From the NCBI GenBank assembly GCA_037444665.1, contig JBBILZ010000001.1, positions 46,869-110,868 of the forward strand: a stretch of 64,000 nt of DNA. The letters run 5' to 3'. Below the pieces are notes generated by a model. The model saw only the letters and a program-made list of their open reading frames with translations. It ran no database searches and had not been told where the DNA came from. Positions 8,892 to 18,015 of this stretch are shown here, piece by piece. The DNA is from a candidate division WOR-3 bacterium. GTDB lineage: Bacteria; Hydrothermota; Tepidihabitantia; SM23-42; JAOAFX01. Each line of letters starts with the position of its first letter. Position 1 is the stretch's first letter. A program made the position numbers and the translations under genes.

Positions 8892-9977
8892 ATGGCGATT
8901 ACTTTGAGCATTATTAAGGCAGATATTGGTGGGTATGTGGGGCACTCAAGCATGCATCCCAATATAATTGCCCGTGCAATTCAATTGCTTGATGCCCAGA
9001 AAAATAAGGGCACAATTGTTGACTTCCATGTTTCGCATTGTGGCGATGACCTGGAACTCATTATGAGCCATCGGCTCGGCAATGATTCTAATGAGATTCA
9101 TAAACTTGCCTGGGACATATTTGTTGAATGCACAAATGTCGCAAAAGAATTAAAACTTTATGGTGCGGGTCAGGACCTTCTTTCTGATGCCTTCTCTGGT
9201 AATGTCAAAGGTATGGGACCAGGCTGTGCTGAAATGACCTTTGAAGAACGTAAAAGTGAACCGGTTATTGTCTTTGCCGCAGATAAAACCTCTCCTGGTG
9301 CCTGGAACTATCCTTTATTCAAAATGTTTGCTGACCCATTCAATACAATTGGACTGGTCATTGACCCGAGCATGCACGATGGATTTGTTTTTGAAGTGCA
9401 CGATGTTTTCCATGACAAGAATGCCAAAATGAACACACCCGAAGATATGTATGACCTTTTGTGTCTCATTGGTGCATCTGAACATTATATTATAAAGAAT
9501 GTCTATAAAAAAGATGGCACCATTGCTGCGACAACTTCAACCCAGAAAGTAAATTTACTTGCAGGAAGATATGTAGGTAAAGATGACCCGGTAATGATTG
9601 TGCGCTGTCAGAGTGGTCTACCTGCAGTTGGTGAGGTACTTGAGCCATTCTCATTCCCTTATATGGTAACAGGCTGGATGCGTGGCTCACACTGGGGACC
9701 ATTTATGCCAGTTTCAGTGGAACAAGCAAACCCCACAAGGTTTGACGGGCCACCAAGGCTAATTGCACTGGGCTTTCAAATATCAAATGGAATGCTTGTT
9801 GGACCAAGGGATATGTTTGCTGACCCGAGTTATGACCATACCAGGCAGAAGGCAAATGAGATTGCTGATTATATCAGAAGGCATGGTCCATTTGAACCAC
9901 AAAGGTTACCTCTTACGGAAATGGAATATACTACACTTCCTCAGGTGCTCAATAAATTAAAAGACCGGTTTAAATAG
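8892..9977 (+). CDS. fbp: class V fructose-1,6-bisphosphate aldolase/phosphatase
   Basis: SIIKADIGG, CGDDLEL, LYGAGQDLL, YVGKDDP, GWMRGSH and RFDGPP motifs. Confidence 0.95.
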   Translation: MAITLSIIKADIGGYVGHSSMHPNIIARAIQLLDAQKNKGTIVDFHVSHCGDDLELIMSHRLGNDSNEIHKLAWDIFVECTNVAKELKLYGAGQDLLSDAFSGNVKGMGPGCAEMTFEERKSEPVIVFAADKTSPGAWNYPLFKMFADPFNTIGLVIDPSMHDGFVFEVHDVFHDKNAKMNTPEDMYDLLCLIGASEHYIIKNVYKKDGTIAATTSTQKVNLLAGRYVGKDDPVMIVRCQSGLPAVGEVLEPFSFPYMVTGWMRGSHWGPFMPVSVEQANPTRFDGPPRLIALGFQISNGMLVGPRDMFADPSYDHTRQKANEIADYIRRHGPFEPQRLPLTEMEYTTLPQVLNKLKDRFK

Positions 9978-10002
9978 AAAAGCGATAAATTTTTCAATCC
10001 CT

Positions 10003-10037
10003 AAAAATCCCCCTTTTTTAAGGGGGATTTTATTTTT
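10003..10037 (+). terminator. intrinsic terminator
   Basis: AAAATCCCCCT / AGGGGGATTTT stem followed by T-rich tract. Confidence 0.8.
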
Positions 10038-10049
10038 AAAAAAATTTAC

Positions 10050-10077
10050 TTGACTAAGGACAAAATCCGCATATAAT
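10050..10077 (+). promoter_or_regulatory. sigma70-type promoter, probably leaderless transcript
   Basis: TTGACT-N16-TATAAT, 5 nt before ATG 10083. Confidence 0.75.
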
Positions 10078-10082
10078 TTCGC

Positions 10083-11141
10083 ATGAATAAAATATTATTT
10101 AAATATTTCAGTTTTCAGCATTATATTATCTCAGAAAAAAAAGCGCTGGTGATTTTTTTATTATCAATAATCACCCTCTGCTCTGCTCAGATCTGGCAAC
10201 CTGGTGCTACTGGATATACATTTTTGAAATTGGGTATTGGTGTTCGTCCAGTGGCAATGGGTAATGCATTTACTGCTTTGAGCGATGATGGCAATGCAGT
10301 ATTCTGGAACCCGGCAGGGCTCGGCGTTAATAACAGTTATTATATTTCGGGTATGGGAATGTCGCATCTTGGTTTTATCCAGTATTATAATCTAACTTCA
10401 TCAATCTTTTTAGGCAAAAAGGCCGGCTCACTGGGCATTGGTATTTGCTACCTGACTGCAAAAGATACAAGGCGTGATGAGGCAGGCAATGAATCTGAAG
10501 ATTTCCGTAATTCTGATATGCTGTTAAATTGTGGTTATGGAAAGAGTATTGGCAAAAAAAATCAAATCTCATTTGGTGGTGGTGCAAAAGTTGTTTACAG
10601 TCGGCTGGAGAGTGTGAGTGCCTATGGATTCCTGGGTGATTTTGGTCTAATACTACATCCTGTTAAATTTATTTATTTAGGAACCACAATCAAAAATTTA
10701 GGCACACCAAGAAAGTTTATTGAAAAGTGGGAATATCCACCAGTAAATTTTCGGCAGGGGCTTGCCTTAAAAATACCATTCGGTCAAAGCCACTGGGCAC
10801 TGAGCATTGATTATTCTCTATATCCAGACTATATACCAACATTTTCTATTGGTAGTGAAGTTCACATTCGTGAACCAAAGATAATGCAACAAACTACCAA
10901 AGCAATATTTGGTCAGGAAACAATGATTTCGGGATTTTCCTTGATGGCTGGTTATCAGACTGGTTATCAGGACCTGGGCTGGTCAGGTTTAACTTTTGGT
11001 TTTTCTTTAGAGATAATGATAGGCTCGGGACTATTTCTTGATATTGGTGCAGTAGCTCTCTCCTACGGATATTTAGGCTATTCTGAGCGTATCGGTATTG
11101 GATTAAATTATGCGCCAGAGTTAAAGAAGGCAAAGAGTTAG
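10083..11141 (+). CDS. PorV/PorQ-family outer-membrane beta-barrel
   Basis: FLKLGIGVRPVAMGNAFTALSDD...WNPAGL N-terminal motif after a signal-like segment. Confidence 0.85.
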   Translation: MNKILFKYFSFQHYIISEKKALVIFLLSIITLCSAQIWQPGATGYTFLKLGIGVRPVAMGNAFTALSDDGNAVFWNPAGLGVNNSYYISGMGMSHLGFIQYYNLTSSIFLGKKAGSLGIGICYLTAKDTRRDEAGNESEDFRNSDMLLNCGYGKSIGKKNQISFGGGAKVVYSRLESVSAYGFLGDFGLILHPVKFIYLGTTIKNLGTPRKFIEKWEYPPVNFRQGLALKIPFGQSHWALSIDYSLYPDYIPTFSIGSEVHIREPKIMQQTTKAIFGQETMISGFSLMAGYQTGYQDLGWSGLTFGFSLEIMIGSGLFLDIGAVALSYGYLGYSERIGIGLNYAPELKKAKS

Positions 11142-12108
11142 TATAATTACTCGCCGCATTCCAGATTAGTATTCCATCTGCATCAGCATTCATAGCACCC
11201 AATATTTGAGAAAATATATAATCATCATTATAGTCTTCAGCATAAAGGTCAAAACCCTGGACAAATGGAATCACCTTTACATTGAGTGGTAATTTTTTGA
11301 ATGCCTCTTCTACTGAATCAAAATAGATCCAGTAGTTCCGCCAGTATTCGCAGACCTCTTTTTTAAAGTTAGGATGAAAATGTGAAGGATAGAGCATTGG
11401 ATAGACAACATCTACAACCGCGCCAAAGCGTGAGACTTCCTGGCCTTCGGTCTTTAAATCATACCACACTGCATAGCCAAAGATGCAGATGCCAATCTCA
11501 GCGTCAACCTTTTTTCTGACCTCTTCAAGGAATCCAATGATTGGCTCATACCTTGAACCTTTGACATCGGTCCATCTGATGCTCTCAAGGTTCCCATCTG
11601 TTGGAAATCTTATGTAGTCAAAAGCAAATGAATGAACCCCTTTTTTTGTCAACTCCTCAACAATACTTATCAGATACTGTTGCACTCTTTTATTATATGG
11701 ATTTACCCAGGCAGTCCCTGTTTTATCATACCAGATTTTACCTGCTGTATCACGGATTGCACAATCATCATATTGAGCAAGATAACCATCACGAAAGCAG
11801 ACAATCCTTGCAATCAATTTCACATTTTTCTCTTTACATCTTTTAATCAAATAATCAAGGTCAATGTATTTTCTGAATGCCTTAAGTTCCTTAACTAAAT
11901 TTAGTTCTGATTCATAGGTGAGATAACCATAATCACCTTTTAAATCCACAACGATTGTATTAATATAACCAGAGTCAGCATAAGCAAAGACCTTTTCTAA
12001 ATAACTCTTCTTGCCTGCCTGATAAGGATTCAGATAGATACCCTGAATAAGACTATCAGGATTAGTCAAAAATATTGAATACAGGACAAATATTACACAG
12101 GGGTTCAT
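10894..12108 (-). CDS. putative glycoside hydrolase (DUF4015-like)
   Basis: NTIVVDLKGDYG, IARIVCFRD, WVNPY, FDYIRFP, PMLYPSHF motifs; likely ATG 12108. Confidence 0.8.
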   Translation of the reverse strand: MNPCVIFVLYSIFLTNPDSLIQGIYLNPYQAGKKSYLEKVFAYADSGYINTIVVDLKGDYGYLTYESELNLVKELKAFRKYIDLDYLIKRCKEKNVKLIARIVCFRDGYLAQYDDCAIRDTAGKIWYDKTGTAWVNPYNKRVQQYLISIVEELTKKGVHSFAFDYIRFPTDGNLESIRWTDVKGSRYEPIIGFLEEVRKKVDAEIGICIFGYAVWYDLKTEGQEVSRFGAVVDVVYPMLYPSHFHPNFKKEVCEYWRNYWIYFDSVEEAFKKLPLNVKVIPFVQGFDLYAEDYNDDYIFSQILGAMNADADGILIWNAASNYTNSLPSLTLAHNLIQYRYAQNSLNIRRRELLHQYQEIVPSLSLSLKKNQKLNLTSPGPDNQSDNQPSRKIPKSLFPDQILLW

Positions 12109-12727
12109 TTTTCTTACAGAATTCTTTACCCAATCTAACAATTAAAGCATGGTATTCATTGTATAATTGAGTATCTTTATATAAATTATCTTCAAATAAT
12201 CTTTTGACCTCATCATAGTGAGCATCCTGGTTTATTAACTTATGCCTTGATAATATCCTGCGGGTATATGCATCAACCACAAAAACCGGTCTGCCCAGCG
12301 CATAAAGAAGAATGGAATCAGCAGTCTCATACCCAATCCCCGGGATAGAGAGAAGTTCTTTTCTGATAATTTCTGTAGCCCTGGTTTCAAAATTTGCGAT
12401 ATCGCCTTCATAATTCTCAACAAAATACTTTAAGAAAGCAATCAATCTTTTGCTCTTCAGTCTATAGAATCCAGATGGCTTTATTAAATCTGGAATTCTG
12501 TCCATATTTTTTAACAATTTTTTGGGATTCATTAATTTTGCTTTTTTAATGTTATTGATTGCCTTTTCTACATTTTTCCAGCTTGTATTCTGGGTGAGAA
12601 TAGCACCTATCATAATCTCAAATGGCGAATCTCCAGGCCACCAGTATTGGGGACCAAATTTATTAAAAAGACAATAATAAATATTTAAAAATAATTTACC
12701 TGAATCTTTATCTCTCTTTTTGCCCAT
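12062..12727 (-). CDS. endonuclease III-like HhH-GPD DNA glycosylase
   Basis: WWPGDSPFEIMIGAILTQNT, GIGYETADSILLYA, C-terminal Cys cluster. Confidence 0.9.
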   Translation of the reverse strand: MGKKRDKDSGKLFLNIYYCLFNKFGPQYWWPGDSPFEIMIGAILTQNTSWKNVEKAINNIKKAKLMNPKKLLKNMDRIPDLIKPSGFYRLKSKRLIAFLKYFVENYEGDIANFETRATEIIRKELLSIPGIGYETADSILLYALGRPVFVVDAYTRRILSRHKLINQDAHYDEVKRLFEDNLYKDTQLYNEYHALIVRLGKEFCKKNEPLCNICPVFNIFD

Positions 12728-12757
12728 TAATAACTGGATACAATCTGAGTTGATTTT

Positions 12758-13408
12758 TTATTCTAAGTGATAGTCAGTGAGACTGAACTCACCATTACTA
12801 TTCTTGAATCTAACCAGACCTATACCCGGTGCATAGTATTCTTCTAAATATATCTGTTGGGAAATAGTTGAATCTGGTGTCGCAACAGACTCAGATATTG
12901 AGATAATAACCTTATAGACCTCGCCATAGAGTTCATCATCTTGATAGTCTGAAACCAATCCCTCTATCAAATATCTTGCCTTTATCCATTCACCAAAAAA
13001 ATCAAGTGAATCTGAAAGCGAATCAATGAATCTATTTCCAGTGACCAATGGCAGTTCAAGTCTGGTAATATAACCCTGTAAAATTGTATAAATAGAGCCA
13101 CCATAATTGTGCGTTATCTCTATATATTCTTTGATGCCTTTGATATCCTTAGAAAAATAATGGAATTCACCAGAAGCATTGAAAGGATAAACTTCCCTTT
13201 GTAATAATGTATCCACTGGTTCAACTGTAATACTCACAATCTCGGGTTTGTATAAATCATTATTTGCGTATCGCCACCAATTCCCTTCTTTTACTGGAAA
13301 GTATTCACTGCCCGAACGCTCAATAATATTATTCTTGCAGGAATTAGAAGAGATTATTATTATACACACTAAAACAGTTCTTATCAGCAATTTAAAATTC
13401 ATAACCAA
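12758..13408 (-). CDS. hypothetical lipoprotein
   Basis: Lipobox-like Cys; YFP...GNWWRY and YAPGIGLV motifs. Confidence 0.7.
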   Translation of the reverse strand: MVMNFKLLIRTVLVCIIIISSNSCKNNIIERSGSEYFPVKEGNWWRYANNDLYKPEIVSITVEPVDTLLQREVYPFNASGEFHYFSKDIKGIKEYIEITHNYGGSIYTILQGYITRLELPLVTGNRFIDSLSDSLDFFGEWIKARYLIEGLVSDYQDDELYGEVYKVIISISESVATPDSTISQQIYLEEYYAPGIGLVRFKNSNGEFSLTDYHLE

Positions 13409-13856
13409 TCCCTAAATTTATGCCCAGGCTACCAGCTTGGGCTTTAAAATCAGTTATACCACTGTAATAGAACATAGGATAGATATTCAGTGCCTCATAA
13501 TGGAAATTTATGAGAAAACCGATTGTGTAATTGAATCCTATACCCCACTCCTTATTTTTGTTCAATGTTCTTGATACATAGCCACCACCAAATTCTAAGA
13601 ATGGTGATATGCGCCAGTTCATTTTTTTTATCAAAAGTGTAACACCATAGTTACTAAAAGAATATCCCGGATTCTTTCCCTGATAATAAGAACCAAACAG
13701 CCCGAGGTCTAAATAGACATTATGATTTAAATCTTCTTTACCGATAAATGCTTTAAAAGATAGACCGTTGTTCAACTCATTATCAAGCCCGATGATTGGT
13801 TGATTAAAACCTGCCTCAACACCTGCATGTATACTCAATATTACAATCAATAACAT
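13392..13856 (-). CDS. small outer-membrane beta-barrel-like protein
   Basis: Amphipathic strands ending in GIGYEF. Confidence 0.6.
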   Translation of the reverse strand: MLLIVILSIHAGVEAGFNQPIIGLDNELNNGLSFKAFIGKEDLNHNVYLDLGLFGSYYQGKNPGYSFSNYGVTLLIKKMNWRISPFLEFGGGYVSRTLNKNKEWGIGFNYTIGFLINFHYEALNIYPMFYYSGITDFKAQAGSLGINLGIGYEF

Positions 13857-13962
13857 ACTAAATAATAACTAAAAAAAAATAAAAGTCAAGAGAAAATGCA
13901 CAGATAAATTTTTAGAGCTTTTCCTGAAAATGTAGTGTAGGGCTTTATGCACGTGAAATAAA

Positions 13963-14017
13963 GGATATCAAGATATCAGAATATCAGAGGGAAGGGCATC
14001 AGGGTAGCAGGGTATCA
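13963..14017 (+). repeat. degenerate octamer tandem repeat (RRRTATCA)
   Basis: ggatatca agatatca gaatatca ... gggcatca gggtagca gggtatca. Confidence 0.7.
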
Positions 14018-14302
14018 GAGTATTTAATTGTATTGTAGTTTCAGTACATTTCACCACGCAACATTACGGACTAAATTCTAAGCACTAAAAGAATCGTTTA
14101 TCAGTTTATCCGCCAAACTGTATGGCGGACGAAAATCGCTTCGGTTAGGTTTTTGTAGTCGTTCAACGACAAACGACACCGTTAGACGAAACGCATCTCT
14201 AAACCGACAAACGTTTAACGATTTACGTGGGTAACTGAGATTTAAATATTGGTGTGGATTATGTTCCCCGATTCCTCCTGATTCCATTTCAGCATTTAGG
14301 TA

Positions 14303-14332
14303 TTTAGGCATTTTGGACTTTTAGGCATTTTA
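14303..14332 (+). repeat. 30-bp repeat, copy 1 (identical copy at 41228-41257)
   Basis: tttaggcattttggacttttaggcatttta. Confidence 0.9.
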
Positions 14333-14380
14333 TTTTATAAGTCATGGTCATTTAAGTTTACCGCACAAGTTTTAGTATAT

Positions 14381-14399
14381 ATGCACAATTTTTGTGCAT
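14381..14399. promoter_or_regulatory. palindromic NtrC/Fis-type enhancer-binding site
   Basis: ATGCACAA-TTT-TTGTGCAT; resembles the 17-bp TGCAC-N7-GTGCA NtrC-type box. Confidence 0.65.
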
Positions 14400-14437
14400 T
14401 ATTTATGAAAAACTCCCGAAATTTCAAGGCTTTAACC

Positions 14438-14454
14438 TGGCACAGGATTTGCAT
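14438..14454 (+). promoter_or_regulatory. sigma54 (-24/-12) promoter
   Basis: TGGCAC-AGGAT-TTGCAT with GG and GC 12 nt apart. Confidence 0.8.
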
Positions 14455-14476
14455 ATTATATTGGCAGAGGTGCCAA

Positions 14477-15247
14477 ATGAAAAGAATAAAAGATTCCCTT
14501 CAATTGATTCTGGTCGCATCCGGGCTAATTTTTTCGCCCTGCTGTTATGAAGAAGCAGACAATGAGCCACCTGCAGTTCCCAGAGGTTTGAATTCCATTA
14601 CTGGTGACGAACAAGTGATGCTCACCTGGTATCAGAATACTGAACCTGACCTTGCTGGTTATAGGGTCTTTCGCAGTCCTGCACCAGAAGGACCTTATTA
14701 TCTTATCGGTGAAACAAACTTAGATTATTTCCTTGATTATGGTTTAATGAACGGACAAACCTATTTCTATGCAATCTCTGCTTATGACATACATAATAAC
14801 GAAAGTGAACTTTCTTATGAGACGGTCTATGATACACCCAGACCCGAAGGATTTGATGAAAAAATCTTTGATTATACTGAATACCCTGCGTATGCTGGTT
14901 GGGACTTCAGCAATTATACAGTAGTTCCATACAATTATTCAAACTGTGATTTTTATTTTGGTTATGACGATTACAATAATTCTTATTATTTCTTCATTGG
15001 TAAGCCCGGTGGATTGATTCAGGATATGGGTTATACCTATTCTTTTGATGAGATTGGTTATGCGCCTGATGATGGTTGGTCTCCAACCGGCATTGCACAA
15101 GCCATTGAAGGCCATACCTATGTTATCTGGACCTGGGACAACCATTTTGCCAAAGTCCGTATCACATCAATAAAATCTGATTATGTCGTGTTTGACTGGG
15201 CATACCAGGTTGACCCGGGTAACCCGGAACTGGTGAGGAAAAAATGA
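14477..15247 (+). CDS. lipoprotein with FN3-like domain
   Basis: Likely ATG 14477; signal ending in CC; PPAVPRGL...LTW...DLAGYRVFRS...YFYAISAYD...NES. Confidence 0.8.
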   Translation: MKRIKDSLQLILVASGLIFSPCCYEEADNEPPAVPRGLNSITGDEQVMLTWYQNTEPDLAGYRVFRSPAPEGPYYLIGETNLDYFLDYGLMNGQTYFYAISAYDIHNNESELSYETVYDTPRPEGFDEKIFDYTEYPAYAGWDFSNYTVVPYNYSNCDFYFGYDDYNNSYYFFIGKPGGLIQDMGYTYSFDEIGYAPDDGWSPTGIAQAIEGHTYVIWTWDNHFAKVRITSIKSDYVVFDWAYQVDPGNPELVRKK

Positions 15248-15288
15248 AAAATAATCTGCATTTTTGCAGAGCAACAAAGGAGGTTAAA

Positions 15289-16263
15289 ATGAAACGCTTA
15301 TTTTTACTCACCCTTGCCGCAATCCCACTATTTGCATTCAGTGTCAATTTCATCTACTGCGATTATGATTATGATGATGACTACTGGAACGATGAATACT
15401 GGTATCCTGAACCCGATTATTATGATGACTACTGGGTCTATTACCCACATGGCTATTATTGTGTTTACTATGTGTGGTACCATCCCTGGTGGTGGGATTG
15501 GTATTGGTGGCATTGCCATTGGTGCCACCATTTTGACTGGCACTTTTTCCGTGCTGGTTTCTATGTTGTCTGGTATGAAGACGGATGCTGGTGGTTCAGA
15601 CCGAGATATGGCAGGTGGGTACGATACAAAGTTCCCTATGCCTATAATGAATTCAGATATAAAGCAAGGTCCTATGGAGTCAATCTTCCAGAAAAGCCCA
15701 CAAGGGAAATTAATATTCCTTATAATGAAAAAGAGATTCAACGCCTGACAAAAGAAAAGGACCCACAACTATATGCACGCATAGAAAAAGAGTACAGGTC
15801 AGGGAACCTGGACAGAATGAAGCAAGAATACGAAACAAAAGTAAAAAGAGAAATTGCAGTGAAGAATGAAGAATACAGAAAAACAAAATTACAAAACCCG
15901 GCTGATGAACGATATAATACAGGCAAGGATGTAAATAATAAAACAATTGACCGAAGAAAATCTGATTCTTATAATGATGATAGGCAAAAGTCAGATTATA
16001 ATGAGTCAAGAATAATAAAGAAGTCTAAAAATGTGCCTGACAATGATACTGAAACTCCTGAAAGATATGACGAATCTGATAATAGAAAATACGAGCAAAA
16101 AAAGAATTACACAGCACCAGACAAGTCTAAACAAACTGAACGCGGAGACGAATACAACGCACCAAAAACTCCAAAAACACCAATCAGAAACCTACCCCCA
16201 CCTGACCAGGAACAGGAAAAAAGAACGGTTAAAAAACAGAGTGTGCAAAAATCAAGGAGATAA
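15289..16263 (+). CDS. secreted Trp/Tyr/Asp-rich protein with charged disordered tail
   Basis: SD AAGGAGG, ATG 15289, signal peptide MKRLFLLTLAAIPLFA. Confidence 0.8.
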   Translation: MKRLFLLTLAAIPLFAFSVNFIYCDYDYDDDYWNDEYWYPEPDYYDDYWVYYPHGYYCVYYVWYHPWWWDWYWWHCHWCHHFDWHFFRAGFYVVWYEDGCWWFRPRYGRWVRYKVPYAYNEFRYKARSYGVNLPEKPTREINIPYNEKEIQRLTKEKDPQLYARIEKEYRSGNLDRMKQEYETKVKREIAVKNEEYRKTKLQNPADERYNTGKDVNNKTIDRRKSDSYNDDRQKSDYNESRIIKKSKNVPDNDTETPERYDESDNRKYEQKKNYTAPDKSKQTERGDEYNAPKTPKTPIRNLPPPDQEQEKRTVKKQSVQKSRR

Positions 16264-16265
16264 AA

Positions 16266-16913
16266 ATGTTCACCACCATATTTTTCTTAATCATCAGCAT
16301 AAATACAGAAACAGTTGCGATGACTACTCCGGACAATTCATTAAATATTGAGAGCTGGCTTAATAAAGACGAACCCGTATATGTCCCTGGTGAACGACTG
16401 AAAATCTTCTTTAAGGTGGATAAGGACTGCTATGTCGCAGTCTATGATATTGATGTTGGGGGAAGGGAAAATCTTCTCTTCCCCCAGCAAGGGGACAATG
16501 GATTTGTTCAGGCAAATAAGGTCTATGAACTACCCCCTGCAGATGCAGATTTTGATTATGAGATAACCGGCCCTGAAGGCATAGAAAAAATTATTATTCT
16601 TGCCTCAATTAAAGAATTGCCTGACCTTGCTGATACCATAGAAGTATCAAAAAGAGAAATTGAGCTATCCATTGAAGAACCAGAGCCAGCAAAACTGAGA
16701 ATTATCTCAACACCTCCCAAATCCAGGATCTATATCAAAGAAGTAATGACTGGCGAGCGTGTTTATGTCGGAAAAACACCACGGACCATTGTCTTAAAGC
16801 CTGGCGAATATATTGTGGAGATAAAAAAATTAGGGTATCAGACCATTAAAAGGCGAATCTGGCTTGAGCCGGAAGAAAAAAGAAGGATCTATGTTAGTCT
16901 ATGGCCCTGGTAA
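16266..16913 (+). CDS. DUF4384 + PEGA domain protein
   Basis: YVPGERLKIFFKVDKDCYV...LLFP; ISTPPKSRIYI...VGKTP...PGEYIVEIKKLGY. Confidence 0.85.
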   Translation: MFTTIFFLIISINTETVAMTTPDNSLNIESWLNKDEPVYVPGERLKIFFKVDKDCYVAVYDIDVGGRENLLFPQQGDNGFVQANKVYELPPADADFDYEITGPEGIEKIIILASIKELPDLADTIEVSKREIELSIEEPEPAKLRIISTPPKSRIYIKEVMTGERVYVGKTPRTIVLKPGEYIVEIKKLGYQTIKRRIWLEPEEKRRIYVSLWPW

Positions 16914-16955
16914 TCTTGACAAACCAATTATATTTTATATAATTGAGGAGTTAAA

Positions 16956-17324
16956 ATGAATAGAATATTCTTAAGCATTATCTTTATTCTCGGTAGTTTA
17001 TGGGCAGTGAAACCTGTGCCCAGAATTGAAAAAACAGATGAAGACAAAAAACCTGTTATACAGATTCAGATTCCTGATGAGAATAAAGAGGACCAAAAAG
17101 AACAGAATAATAATTCTTTAGAGACTAACAAACCAAAGAACCAGAATAATAAAAATGACCAGTTCATTGATAGTGACTCAAATAATGTAAATGACCAGCG
17201 TGAAAATGACCTGTTAAAGATAAAACAATTGAAAAACAAATTTAAGGACCTCTTCAAAAAAGATAGCGACACAGATAGAAAACCCAAAGAACCAGTAAAA
17301 ACAAAGAAATCTGTTAAAAAATAG
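16956..17324 (+). CDS. secreted hypothetical protein
   Basis: Own promoter TTGACA-N16-TATAAT (16916-16943), SD GAGGAG, signal peptide. Confidence 0.7.
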   Translation: MNRIFLSIIFILGSLWAVKPVPRIEKTDEDKKPVIQIQIPDENKEDQKEQNNNSLETNKPKNQNNKNDQFIDSDSNNVNDQRENDLLKIKQLKNKFKDLFKKDSDTDRKPKEPVKTKKSVKK

Positions 17325-18015
17325 TTGATGTGTATTCCTTCAATATGATGCTGTTTTTACCCGAAGAAGTTAAAAGTTTCACAAAGCGGTGGGGAAAATT
17401 TTTTTCAATATAAAAATAGAATTTTATACTCGTAAATACTACGCGCGGCTTCATCATTATCTTCCAGCATTCAAAAATACCAACAGGTGTTGTTACACTA
17501 TCTTCACCAATCACCTCTAAATCAGCATTCACTATCATAAATTCAGGCACGAGTAATCTTATCCTTTTTTTAAAATCTTTACTATAGGTAAAACCCCTTA
17601 ATACAAAGTCAAGTGTATGTCGGTCATATACCGGCGCACTCTCTTTATAAAAACTCTTTCTGCCCTGATAATTGACTTCAATAATATGATCTTTTTTAAC
17701 ACTCAACTCCCATTTTCCTTTTATGATTTTATTTAGATAGATTGTCTGTAGATTTACTGGGTCAAGGATTGTTTCCACTGTGCGGTCTGAAATATATGTA
17801 ATACGATAGCCAGCACTGTCCCTTTCTGATTTTACTTCTATCTTACCAATCTTTCCCTTATCATTTGTCTCATAAACAATATATTCGCTATCAGGCAATA
17901 GAGATTCACCAGCAAAAAGATAAAACGATAATAAAAAAAATATACAAAAAGCATACTTTGAAAAATTGTTAGCAGAAACAGTTGTGTGAAATCTCACAAT
18001 CTTAAGACTTTGCAC
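17314..18015 (-). CDS. exported hypothetical protein (DUF3108-like)
   Basis: Hydrophobic N-terminal segment; VTTPVGIFECWKI motif. Confidence 0.6.
   Translation of the reverse strand: MQSLKIVRFHTTVSANNFSKYAFCIFFLLSFYLFAGESLLPDSEYIVYETNDKGKIGKIEVKSERDSAGYRITYISDRTVETILDPVNLQTIYLNKIIKGKWELSVKKDHIIEVNYQGRKSFYKESAPVYDRHTLDFVLRGFTYSKDFKKRIRLLVPEFMIVNADLEVIGEDSVTTPVGIFECWKIMMKPRVVFTSIKFYFYIEKNFPHRFVKLLTSSGKNSIILKEYTSTIF

Noticed and set aside
14078..14311. 77-aa ORF and the 41110-41271 extension of the pilin-like ORF
   Set aside because: Both translate repeat-derived DNA (MPK... starts from the TTTAGGCAT repeat); there is no SD, and a promoter lies inside the extension.
13900..14350. CRISPR array or tRNA in the long intergenic gap
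   Set aside because: No regularly spaced identical repeats with spacers, no cloverleaf or T-loop motif, and no cas genes.
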